Shown here: positions 1 to 11,527 of the stretch, piece after piece | Layout: the number at the start of each line of letters is the position of its first letter | Numbering within the stretch: position 1 is the first letter of the stretch | Assembly: GCA_964106915.2 (NCBI GenBank) | Contig: OZ066920.1 | Source: Podarcis gaigeae | Lineage: Eukaryota | Length of the DNA: 64,000 nucleotides | Direction: 5' to 3' (one strand) | The notes under the pieces: generated by a model | Told to the model about the DNA's origin: nothing | Seen by the model: the letters and a program-made list of their open reading frames with translations, nothing else | The model's database searches: none | Translations under genes and position numbers: made by a program

Positions 1-315
1 TACCCCTTTTGCTGGGATGCTTGCCTAGAGCTTTTCCTCATGATACGGTTTATCTTCCATTACATTTAAGAATAAAAATCAGTCGAGTAAGAATATATTC
101 CCAAGGAATCCATGCAGCATATCTTTCCCCCTGTGCTAATTTATATCAGCTGTATTGCATACAATGCTCGCTCCACAACTGGTTCATTTTAATTTCTGTA
201 TTATTGTATTCAACGTTGCTTTCAATCCCCCCCACCAGAAAAAGTGAAAATAAAATAAACATTCTCACTGTCAGGAACAGATATTTTCTCTTAGGAAGGA
301 GGTAATGTCCTAGGG

Positions 316-443
316 CAGGTGTGGGGAAACATTGGCCCTCCAGATATTGCTGAACCACAACTCCCTTCAGCCTCAGCAAGCATGGTCAATAGCCAGAGAT
401 GATGGGAGTTGTAGTTCAGCAACATCTGGGCTCCCTACACCTG
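316..443. mobile_element. Short hAT-type MITE (ACTACAACTCCC family)
   Basis: CAGGTGT...ACACCTG termini, internal palindrome, 8-bp TSD TCCTAGGG/TCCTAGGA. Confidence 0.75.
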
Positions 444-2415
444 TCCTAGGATCAGAAGAGACCAGATTGCTGGTTGTTTTTGAAATCCTTATAAGAACAG
501 TGCTCAATTCCCTTTCGAATCCTGGTATATTTTCTTGTACGTGAATAGATTGACTCCAGTCCAGCTGAAGCTAATTGTGACAAAAGTTGAATCCTCTGCA
601 CACTTCCAATAAGTGAACAATTCCCACAAAAAAGATGGAAAAAAATACTTTCTTGCATTGATCTTATTGGGATATGATCTCAACAAACTTTAGTGAACTG
701 CAGCCATTGCCTTCTGTATAAAAATACAGGTAGAAAAGATGTACACAGAAGTCCTTTTCTATAGAGTAGCTGATCCTGGGTAATGCAAAGAAGAGGATCA
801 TGTTTTGCTTCAGTTTCACATTTCTCTCTCTCCTCCTCAATTTTTTGCAAGTGGAGATATAGTATAATAAGAGTAGTTGTTCAGGGCCTTGCCAAGTAGG
901 AGAGTTAGGTGGCCTTCTTCAGGAGGCACTGAGAGACGTAGGGGGTAGAGGAAGAAATAGCTTGGTATCTGAATGCTGCAGGAAGGCATTTTGGTGTTGG
1001 CCCCAGCTGGAGATGTGGGGGTGTGGGGAGGAATGAAGGCTCTGCTTCAAACAGAAAGATCTTTCAAGCGGAAAAATACACATATTTGCAGCATATTTAT
1101 TTGAAGTCCCCATACGGTTATTCTTTTCTTCTTAAACCATGAAGGTACTGGCTAATTTGCGATTTTCATTTAAGGCTATAAGGGCAAGTCTGAAGACCTA
1201 ACTATACTTACCTGAACTAAATAGCAAAACTCTCATCGATATGTTATGGTTCTCAGCTATAAACCATAGAATTACATCAACTATTCACAAAAATGTTTCC
1301 TTTTGAGCATAACTGCTTGATTCATTTGGCTTTCATCAATTTTTCAGTAGCTTGCTTCCATTTAACCTGGGTGGGGGAACCTGTGGTCCTCCAAACACTG
1401 TGGTCTCACATCACTTCTGATCACTGGCTATGGTTGCTGTGGCTGATGGGAAATAGACTCCATAAACATCTTGAGGGCCACAGGTTCTCCATCCCTGGCT
1501 TAAGTAGTCAACCTTTTATTTTTGACATCTAAGGAATGGAATAAGTAGAGGGTCTAGCATTTCAAACTAATATTCTTAGCAGGTGTAAATTTAATTTAAA
1601 AGGAATTATCAAGATGCTGTTTTGAAAAGCACTATCAATGATTCTATGATTTGGGAAGGTTAAACAAATAGTGTGCTTCCATTACAGCTTCATCATAATG
1701 AGGACAATACACTGTTCAGTCTTCCAATGACAGCTCATTGCTTTAGACTGATCTTAGTTAATAATCATAGCCCAGTATTTAATATCTGCGTGAGAGTCTT
1801 CATGTCAAAGCAGGCTAAGTGACTTCCAACAGCGCTGCCAACCACAGACAGTCATTATGTAATATAATGTTCCTTGTATTTTCTACAAAACACATGCAAC
1901 AGTGAATACAGAATGAACAGCCACATGAAGAAAGTTTTGACTTGAGGTAAATGGAACACAGAACATAAAAATAAATCTCTGTGATGGAGATCTGAACCAC
2001 TTTAAGAACCACAGGAGTAGTAGTAGTTACCGTAAAAAAAACCAAACCCCATTAAGCAAATCACAATTATTATCTGAATATGCTGGGAATTATCCTTGTC
2101 AGAATGATTCTATCTAAACAGCTGACTATCTGTGCCCATTCAGCTATATGAATGTATAATTTAAAAGTGCTTGTGGGAACATAATTATCTACAATTCACT
2201 CAGATGCTCTAGGGACTTAGAGAAGAAATCACTGGAATATCAGAAGCCTACTTCTTATTGATCTGATTTTGAACTGAGCAGTAAAGGAAGTCCAGAGCTT
2301 ACAATACATGCTGCTTCTTTTAAGCCAACTAAGCTTTTGAGCAGGCTTTTGAGGCTACAAAGTTATCCTCTCACAACTCTATAGTGGCAGAAGCTCCTCT
2401 GTGCATGCCTTAAGG

Positions 2416-2554
2416 CAGGAGTAGTCAATGTGGTTGTCCTTCAGAAGTTGTTGAACTACAACTTCCATCAGCCCCAGCAAGTGTGACAAATGGTCAAGGA
2501 TGCTGGAAGTTGTTGTTCAATAACATTTGGAGGGTACCACATTGGCTACCCCTG
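2416..2554. mobile_element. Short hAT-type MITE (same family)
   Basis: CAGG...CCTG termini, internal palindrome, degenerate 8-bp TSD. Confidence 0.7.
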
Positions 2555-3131
2555 CTTTAAAGCCATTTCCAAACACCATTTTTTGTTAAAGACTGTTTCC
2601 AAAGAGAGGTGAAAAATACATATCATAGGAGTTTGGAGTAACTGGTGCTGGGAAAATACACCAGTTGTTATGTACACAGAGATAGGAATGAAGATTCTGA
2701 TTGACATCTGAAGCAGCAGTGATTAGAATGTATATGGCTGCTGTTGGATCTCTAGCTTGCCAGATTCTAACATGCTGAATTAGCATGCCAGTCACCTATC
2801 ACAGAACCACAATCATAGAAATCAGAACTCCTGTCCTGCATATGGAGTGCTTCATGTAAATACTTTTATCAAGGTTGTTTTTATTCTGCATTCCTGGATA
2901 TCACCAGTATCTTCCTCAACTCCAGATACTTATTTCTCCGTTCCTGTGGGCCAACTTTGACAGGTAGGCAGGACTGTCTACCTGTCAAATCATCAGGTCT
3001 CCTAATGATAGCAGGTGACTGACACCTGTCCAAGTTCAGAGGAGGTTGCTAGAACTGCTGATCAACAGTTATAGGAAGGACCTTTGAAGTCTCTGAGAAA
3101 GCATTTTGAATTCAAAGCATTTCCTCTAGTG

Positions 3132-3269
3132 CAGTGGTTCTCAACCTGTGGGTCCCCAGATGCTGTTGGACTACAACTACCATCATTCCTGAGCTCTGGC
3201 CTTGCTAGCTAGGGGTGATGGGAATTGTAGTTCAACAACATCTGGGGACCCACAGGTTGAGAAAGGCTG
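3132..3269. mobile_element. Short hAT-type MITE (same family)
   Basis: Palindromic, with a perfect 8-bp TSD CTCTAGTG (3124-3131 / 3270-3277). Further decayed copies at about 1367-1497, 10205-10335, 28510-28640, 43260-43395, 54308-54441 and 57845-57915. Confidence 0.85.
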
Positions 3270-4337
3270 CTCTAGTGCTTTACATCCCATGGGAAACTCC
3301 TTAGGACAGCCCCAACTATCAGCTGACTGTCAACAATGCAGGGCTCTCTTGAAGCAGTAACAAACAGCTGATAGCCAGAGCTTCAAAGTGCCTTGCAAAT
3401 GGTTTTGCAGACACCATCAATCATCTGATCAGCAGTGCCTGAAAACTTTTTTTTTTGGCCCAGCCACTCTGATGTCATATATGATGTCAGATGCAGGGCC
3501 AGTGGGCAGGGCTTAGCCAAAATGGCCTAGTGGGTCTCATTAGGCCTAAGGACTAGAAATTTCTCACCCTTGACTTACAGGGTCCCTGAAAAGACTGCTG
3601 AGAGATGAACTTCCTACTTCTTCAAATGGCAATTTCTTTAATTTGTAGAAATGTAGCTTTCCTACATTTTTGACCGTGCTTCCCTACTTCTTAAAAGGAG
3701 CACATTGCAGCTGCCACATAATACATATCTAAGTTATGGAAAAATCAAGGCATGGCTATGTGAAACAGTTAAAGGAAACAATTCAAAGCACCTTTGTTCC
3801 ACCTTGTCTCACACAGGCTATCAGATTTCATAATTCATAACTGTAATTCCTGCAGGAAAGCATTGCCTTCGTGTGAACTGAGGCATGTATTTCAGAAAAT
3901 CTCAATTTTGAGAGAACTGGTAAGATAAATAATTTGAAATCTGCTTCCATATTGGAGCATGTCAATTTCTACTTTCCTTTCTTTACCTTTTAGATATTTA
4001 ACTGTTTCACTGGTCAAAACAGAGCAGAATCATTCAGCTCTAGCCTCCTGGTATACTGAAGACTCACTAAACTGAAATTTAAAAAAACACACACCAATAT
4101 TTCAGAATGCTATACTATGATGCTAAGCAAAAATGGAAAAAAGATCCAGCGTTTCCCATTACTTTTCAGTATCATGAAGCTACGTTATGCTTAAATCCAT
4201 AATACAATTGGATAGTTTAATAAGCAGCATTTCTAGAGAACACATGAAGAGGCCTCCCTCCATTTGCCTTCAAACCAGGATGAACAGTAGGTCACCAAGA
4301 ACAAAGGATATTATCTACAGAGCACACAAATACTTAC

Positions 4338-4462
4338 ACAATATGAGCCAAGTTTAGAGGTTTTTCAGGCTGGTCAGGGAACATTGGGTGCAAAGGTTCA
4401 CGGCTGGAAGCACAGCTTAAAGACTTGCTAAGTGCATTAGTTAGCTTCTTAGCAGGTGATTT
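4338..4462 (-). CDS. DTNA: DTNA coding exon 8 ([42 protein letters not shown]); gene continues past the left edge
   Basis: 125 nt, cctcccag| acceptor, |gtaagt donor; in frame after exon 7. Not present in the ORF track. Confidence 0.97.
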
Positions 4463-5468
4463 CTGGGAGGAACAAGGAAGGTAAAGGTAATTTGGACAGG
4501 TAAGGTTTAAATTGTTTTTGCAACCACAGAACTATGGGGAAACAAAGCAATGCTCTACTAGTTAAAGGCATCTCCCCCCACCAAAGACCCACTTATTCAG
4601 TGGCTCTGTATTATGTCCTGAGTTGCATCCTCATGAGGCCGGAGGAACATCGCCTGGCTATTGTTTTACTGTTTTATTGATTTAATATGCTGTATACTGC
4701 TTTGAGATTTTTTATTAAAAATATAAAGAGGTATAGAAATAAAATAAAATAATTAATTAAATAAAATCCTTTAAAGAGAGAGAAGCTGCAGAATCTCCCA
4801 GTTCATCTTTCTCCTTTCTCCCACAGTGAGAGGAGTGGGAGAGAGGACCCAAGACCTGCATCTGATCTCTCCACTGGCACAATCCCAGGTGAAAACTACA
4901 TCTGAAAAGCTGCTGATGACATAATTAGAAGTGGAAGAGAGCAAACATTTCTATGACTGAAAAGACCATGTTTGCCCTAAAAGGATTAGGGACAACAAAC
5001 AGATATGTATAGAGAACATACACTTCCTTTAGTAGCCTATCAAGGGTATAAATGAGGTTTTTTCCAGTAAAGGAACCAATACCTGAGTGTATGATCCCCA
5101 GGCAGAATTTTCTACCCATGAACAAAGGCAGGATCAGATACAGTTTGTTTTCTAATTGTGCAGACCTTTGCATAAACTGGGTTTCTAAGGTACACATCAT
5201 CAGTACAAAAGCTGTGTGATAAACATCAGCACAACACTCAATCAAACCAGACTCACACACAAAAAAAATCTAGATTGAAAAATAAAATAATTACGGTGAA
5301 TCATACTTCATTCAGGCCCTCTTTACTCAGTTCAGTCCTTAATAATTTAAACACTTAAAACATGGTGATCCATGCCAAAGAAGTGAGAGTTCAGAGGCCA
5401 TTACTAGAATAATATTTTCCATATTCCTGATTCACTACTTAACTCTGCACTACCTATCTTCATTTATT

Positions 5469-5635
5469 TAGGGCTGCCATATGTCTGGATTTTACTGGAC
5501 ATTATCAGGATGTCAAAGGTAGAATTGACGTCTGGGGGGGATTTCCAAAAGGCGGCACTTTATCCTAAAAAAGAAGAAGCTCTCAGCAACTTTCGGGGTG
5601 TCCTGGTTTTTACTTTTTGAAATATGGCAACCCTA
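5469..5635. mobile_element. MITE with TAGGG(C/T)TGCCATAT TIRs
   Basis: TAGGGCTGCCATAT ... ATATGGCAACCCTA inverted termini. Confidence 0.7.
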
Positions 5636-6213
5636 ATTTCTTAATCATTGCCAATTATATATCATTCTAATTTCAGAAGCACCAGCTTTATTATATAATG
5701 CTGTTTGTACTGCAATTGCTTAGTTTGCTTTCATTATCCTTATTGAACTTCCCTCCTTTCCAACCTTTGCAGGTAAGATATTCTTTGTATTCAGTGCTTT
5801 TTTCTGGGGGAAAGCAGGGGTACACATACCCCTAAACATTTTGTGAATCTAAAAGCATGTAACTTATTTTTTTATATATACAATCTGTTGCATAGACCCA
5901 AATGTGCATAGACTCACATATGATACGAGTTTAAGTCCCAGAAATTTATATTAACTGAGTTGTGGCTTAAGGGGGCCATACACTGGGACTCTTATAGAAA
6001 TAAGCTTATTAAATATTATTAATAATAGAATGCACATGCTACCTTTAATTTCAAAAAGAAGCTAAAATGTGGTTTACAAACAAATAAAACAAAACACACA
6101 AAATAAAAACAGTTCAATAAACAAAGTTAAAATATAAATTGCAGTAACCACCAATACCTGGCACTGGTATTGTGAACTGCCTCGTGATCTTCAGATGAAG
6201 GGTGGTATAAATT

Positions 6214-6256
6214 AATAATAATAATAATAATAATAATAGCAGCAACAATAATAATA
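6214..6256. repeat. (AAT)n microsatellite, probably a retroelement tail
   Basis: Directly visible; follows GGGTGGTATAAAT, a LINE/SINE-type end. Confidence 0.9.
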
Positions 6257-7223
6257 AGTCAGGGAAATGCCTGGGTAAACGCCTGGGTAAACAGGTATAC
6301 TTCCAGTTGTTGACATAAACATTCCATGGTTGCAGGCTGCCTGACCTTCGAGAGATCATTTCACTGCTCAGGAGCCACCATGGAGAAAACCCTCCTCTGC
6401 CCCACAGTAAGATGTATACCTGTGGACCATGGCATGCTAACAGGGTAACCAGTGCAGATTATGGAGACCTGGATGGTCTACACAGAAGGAGGCAATGTTT
6501 TAGAGAACTGGTTCCAAGCTGTTCACAGCCTTGTAAACTAGAACTAGAATGTTACACTTGACTCCGTAGCTAACTGGCAGCTACCAAAATGAGACAAGAT
6601 CACACATATGTTTCATCTGAGTACAATATAGAGTTCATGTTGTTAGAGATAGTCTGAAAAAGGTTAAGAAACTATGGTGGCTGAATGTTAATGAATATAT
6701 AGCATGCCTACACTTCTACTGACTTTATATAAACATATTTCATAAAGTAGCTGAATGGTAAATCAACATCTTCCATTGTTCTTTTTAGATCTAGATTTTT
6801 AAGATTCCATTTTAGATATAGATCACTTATCATATAAAGCAGCTAATATGAGAGAAAAGCCAACATATTTGACTATGTCCTACAAAAATGAACAACTTAC
6901 TGTGGAAATAGTTTTATATTCCAAGACCTTCCTGCAGCTCTCCTGACATCCAGAACAGTATTAACATGTTGGACTGCTCAAATCCACACTGAGGATAGCC
7001 ATACTGTTCAGTTCTTCCCATTTTTCATCTCAGAACTGACTGGGAACAAGGACCACAACTGGGGCTTCTCCATTACAGAGACGCTTAGCTAAACTGGCAA
7101 AGTTAGTTTCCTATATGTGGTTTTAAGGGAAAATGATTCGGTCAGTTCCAACTCCCATCCTTGAGATTTTCTCTGACTGGTGGAGTTCAAACAGTCTGCA
7201 GCAATTCATGAACCTTCCCTTAC

Positions 7224-7390
7224 CCATGACGTGTATTCTTTCATTTGGTGCTGGTTGCTATGGGAACCACTGGCATGTCCCCTCCAGAAGCAATCTTGAC
7301 AGAGCTGGTAATTGTGACACTGCTGGCATCGATAGCGAAATCCCATCATGCTCTCGCTATGGCAGTAGGAACACTCGACAGGGTGGAAGA
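7224..7390 (-). CDS. DTNA: DTNA coding exon 7, ZZ-type zinc finger ([55 protein letters not shown])
   Basis: 167 nt, cttgtag| acceptor, |gtaagg donor; CxxC pattern of the dystrophin-family ZZ domain. Confidence 0.98.
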
Positions 7391-8228
7391 CTACAAGGGG
7401 AGATGGATGTAAAAACAAAACAAAAGACAATCAGCGCAGCATTAAAACTGAAGCCACTAACAGGTCTTAGCAACCTGCTTTTGTGTCTGAAGTCATTTTC
7501 CACAGCAAATGTTATTCTTAAGGTTCCTGAAATTTAAAAGCTTCGCAGTTTTCTCTGAAGACAAACAAGCATCTGCTACTGTCTAAGAGAAAACCTCTTA
7601 TAGCAGCAGAAAACCAAAACAGGAAAATGTGGAAGCATGGAAGAAAGAATGAGGGGTTGGATTCAACTAACCCAGTGCACTAGCTGAAGCCAGCAGAAGG
7701 ACTCCCAGTAGCTCAGTGGGGTTTCCCCCCTCTCTTCCCCACACTACTCCCCCAAATCTGCTTTGGGGAGTCAGGAAAACCTCCATAATAACACATAGAG
7801 GGAGTCTTAAGGGAGACTGTTCTGTCTGGCAATCAGAAATACTGGTGCTGACGGAACAATTGTATTAATGCGGTGTTGAATTCCATCCTAGGACTAGTGT
7901 GGATGTGAAGAATCTACTGTGGTCAACTTGCAAAGGCAGAAGGAGAGATACTAAAGGTAGCAAGCATATCAGTTTATGCTGTGTATGATTTTGCAAGAGG
8001 GACAACACTAACTAGGTTTACAACTTGCAGCCTGAAACTATGCTGAGTTCAGTATGTCTGAGCACATTGAAATCAATGGACAAGGCAGACCTTATCATTA
8101 GGAATTGAAATTGGCACCACATTCTTAGCCATTCTTCCTTTTCAAGAACAATAACTTTTCCTGGGGAAAACACAATCATTGTGAACTGCATTGATATTCC
8201 ACATGCCCCTCATCCTTTGACTACATAC

Positions 8229-8334
8229 CATTCTCAACATTTGCCAATCGATGCAGAAGTGGTAACCAGACCAGGCATTGCGGTGGAGGATCAGACATGA
8301 GAGTGTCCAAAAAAGCATTCAGTGTGACTTTTTT
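8229..8334 (-). CDS. DTNA: DTNA coding exon 6 ([36 protein letters not shown])
   Basis: 106 nt, aaacag| acceptor, |gtatgt donor; lies within ORF 8221..8442. Confidence 0.98.
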
Positions 8335-8728
8335 CTGTTTACATGAACAAAGCAGAAACAATTTAGCATTGCAAGCTGAAAGGGGGATTTTACTTTCCTC
8401 ATGGGTCACACACACATGGGTGAAATAATTAAGCAGATACATTTCAATATCTTAAACAGGGGAAGGGAACTCTTTTCAGCCCAAGAGATGCATTCCTTTC
8501 CGGGCAACCATCTGAGGCAACCTTTAAGTGATAGGCAGGATCTGGAGCAAAAGTGAGCAAAGCAACAGATGTAATTTCATCTCTGTACAGTAGGCTAGCT
8601 TCTACACATACTTCCACAGCCCTCTCTGTTCTCCACCCAGACATTATCAGAGGTCAAGGACACAATTAAGGAGTAATGCAGAGCCAGTGAGGGGTATGGC
8701 CCAGGAAGAGTTCTGAGGGACACCAAGT

Positions 8729-8875
8729 CATGGGTGTAGCCAGGATTTTTTTGGGGGGGCAGGACTTTGTTAGGGGGGCAGAACCAATGTGATTGGTCAG
8801 TTAGTTAAGTATTTCTATTGTTTTACTTGATGGGGGTCAGCTGTCCCCCTTGCCTCCCCCTGGCTACGCCCATTG
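8729..8875. mobile_element. hAT-type MITE related to the 22.6-kb element
   Basis: CATGGGTGTAGCCAGG ... CCTGGCTACGCCCAT inverted termini; no TSD evident. Confidence 0.7.
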
Positions 8876-9350
8876 CTCATCTCTATAATGCTGAAGGCAA
8901 TAGTTTATTGGTCTATAAATCTAATATCATTGTTATCATAACCAGTGCTATTTTTCTAGAAAAAGATGTGCCAGAGCTCACCATGAACTTCTCCCAGTGG
9001 TGCCCACCTGAGAGCTGAGCCCTAATCATATTCCACACTTATGTAGGAGCATTTCGGAAAACAATACAGGGGCTCCTCCTGCTGCTGCTGCTGCGAACCA
9101 ATTCATAGCTACCCTACAACATTTGTTAGTATTTCTTCCAAATCGTATTAGGAGATTGTTCACACGTCTTCCCAAGTCATATCTAATTTGGCCCTTAAAC
9201 AAAATACAGTTCTCTTCTGGTTTACTATTGCCAAAGTGTCCAGTACACAATCTACAGTATAAACAAATAAAAAGCACATAACATTTTGTCACTGCATATC
9301 ATTAATGGGAAGGGCAAAAAGGAGGCAGTGAATGTTGCCATTTTATCTAC

Positions 9351-9505
9351 CTGTTGAGAAAAACAGGATTTTGCTGACTGCTCAGTGTATCCAAAAGAAG
9401 GACCTTCGAAGACCGCCGTGGGTAGTTTAAGGACTTCTCGCAGAAACATGTCATATTTACCATAAACCATTACACCGCTGGTGTCTGAAATCATTGAGAA
9501 AATAT
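9351..9505 (-). CDS. DTNA: DTNA coding exon 5 ([51 protein letters not shown])
   Basis: 155 nt, ccatcag| acceptor, |gtagat donor; lies within ORF 9252..9659. Confidence 0.98.
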
Positions 9506-9835
9506 CTGATGGAATAAAGGGGGGAAATATGAAATGGTTTATTTGGTTTAAGCCACTAGTTACAAATCTAACAGTATTTCTTTTCAAATGAAAGTAATAA
9601 TTAGAGTTATCCCCTTTTTTATATTGCAAAAGAACGGATATGCCTTTGTTAGGATTCACTAAAGGGAGTAAGCAAGCACTTTTCTAATACTCAAAATTCT
9701 TTTCCAGTTTTAGAAAAAAATGATGCAAATCAGGAAAAAAATGGTAATTTAGCATGATAAAAGAGATCCAAAGTACAAAATGCAAACTTCTTGCCCCTGG
9801 AGCAACATTCTGCTTCAAGCAATGATAATGGTGAC

Positions 9836-10180
9836 AATTTATTAAATTTTTATACCACCCTTTATCTGAAGATCACTGGGTAGCTTACAGTATAAAAATA
9901 CAAAATATATAACACAACAATAACCTTCCCCTCAACACATTTAAAAGGCCATGGATTGTTTGGTCAGTCAAAGGCCTGTGTGAAGAGGAATGTTCTCATC
10001 TGGCACCTAAAGTTATGTAAGGTGCCAGGTGAGCCTCCCTAGGGAGAGCATTCCACAAATAGGGAGCCCATTTTCATGCTGCCACCCTCTGAACCTCTTG
10101 TGGAGGAGGAACATGTAGAAGAGCCTCAAATTACTATCACAGGGTCTTGTTTGGTTCAAATGGGGAGAGGTGGTCCATGA
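9836..10180 (-). mobile_element. L2-like LINE 3' fragment
   Basis: TATACCACCC... tail and CCTAGGGAGAGCATTCCACAA segment; related pieces at about 6150-6590, 19930-20170 and 53600-54050. Confidence 0.55.
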
Positions 10181-10795
10181 CCTGGGAACTGAGTATTTAG
10201 ATATGGGTGGTTAACCTGTGGCCTACCAGAAATTGTTGGTCTCCAGTTACCATCATCCCTAACCTAACCATGCCAGCTGGGACAGATGAGAGTTGAAGTC
10301 CTACAACACCTGGAGGGCCACAGGTAGTCATCCTTGATTTGGATTATTGGAGAGCTGGGTATTTGTGTGCGCGCTTTAAAATATTCAATGCATTACAAAG
10401 GGTGATTTCACTTCAGACAATAAAGTTGTTTCTGTGCCTCTTGTGTGTTATGTGTTTGGATCTATGAATGGATTAATTTAATCCATATTGGTTTTAACTA
10501 GGGCTACAACCTGATTAAAGAAGCTTTAATTGATCAATCTTTCTAATACATATGCATGTTTCCCAAAGATTTTGCTAACTGCTTTTCTGCTCTTGCTATC
10601 GGAGTAAAAGAGCAATTCTTTAAAATTGTTAAATGCTTTACAGATGTTGACTATGCAAAACTTAAACAGAAATCTGCTTGTAGTAGAAAACACTGTTAGT
10701 TCTTTTCAAACTTGGGCCTGGCTGCCAATTCAGTAGTGTCCTGTTGTTTTAGTATAATAGAATCAAAGAACCGTAGAGCTGGAAGGGACCCCAAG

Positions 10796-11036
10796 AAGAA
10801 GAAGAGTTTGTATTTGATATCCCACTTTATCACTCTCCTAAGGAGTCTCAAAGCGGCTAACATTCTCCTTTCCCTTCCTCCCCCACAACAAACACTCTAA
10901 GTGTGGCTGAGAGACTTCAGAGAAGTATGACTAGCCCAAGGTCACCCAGCAGCTGCATGCGGAGGAGCGGAGACGCGAACCCGGTTCACCAGATTACGAG
11001 TCTACTGCTCTAAACCACTACACCACACTGGCTCTC
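10796..11036 (-). mobile_element. Squam3-type tRNA/CORE SINE with (CTT)n tail, nested in a Squam2/CR1-type tail
   Basis: GAGAGCCAGTGTGGTGTAGTGGTT head on the minus strand and CTT tail. The host fragment is split (about 10757-10795 and 11039-11080) with CCCAAG duplicated. Confidence 0.88.
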
Positions 11037-11441
11037 ATCCCAAGGGTCATCTAGTCCAATCCCCAACAATGCAGGAATCTCAGCACACAGTCTCCCATCT
11101 AATTTGAAACCGTACTGGACCCTGCTTAGCTTTGCAAATGTGCTAGCAGTTTTATTGCTGGGGGACTTTGTACTCTGTATTGTTTAGTAGAATAGCTCTT
11201 TGGGTCTTTAGTGGTGGTGGGGTGCAAAATATATTTCATTATGAAAACCATGAAAATGTTTATGCTGGACACTCAACACATTTGACCATGCATAAGAGGA
11301 ATCTTTCAGTACCAGAATTCTGGAAAGAAACCATGAATTGATTCATATCACTATTATCTAAACCAAATTCCGGTTCTATTTCATATTGAAAGGAAAGGAA
11401 CAACATTAATAAAATATAAACAATAGAGGACAAAGACTTAC

Positions 11442-11527
11442 ATCTCAATTTGTCCATGATCTTTCCTCCACAAAGTGTTGCCAAGGCCATTTTGACAGCA
11501 AAGACAGACATTTTTCCATGTCCTTCT
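11442..11527 (-). CDS. DTNA: DTNA coding exon 4 ([29 protein letters not shown])
   Basis: 86 nt, tgtatag| acceptor, |gtaagt donor; lies within ORF 11260..11583. Confidence 0.98.

Noticed and set aside
1-4337. DTNA 9-nt 'DTW' microexon and the following PPRPVTSMND exon
   Set aside because: Searched by eye on the minus strand and found no convincing match with splice sites; probably beyond the left edge.
6114-6359. ORF with a poly-Leu tract resembling a signal or transmembrane peptide
   Set aside because: Translation of the (AAT)n microsatellite.
7133-7537. 134-aa plus-strand ORF
   Set aside because: Antisense shadow of the ZZ-domain exon; no independent coding evidence.
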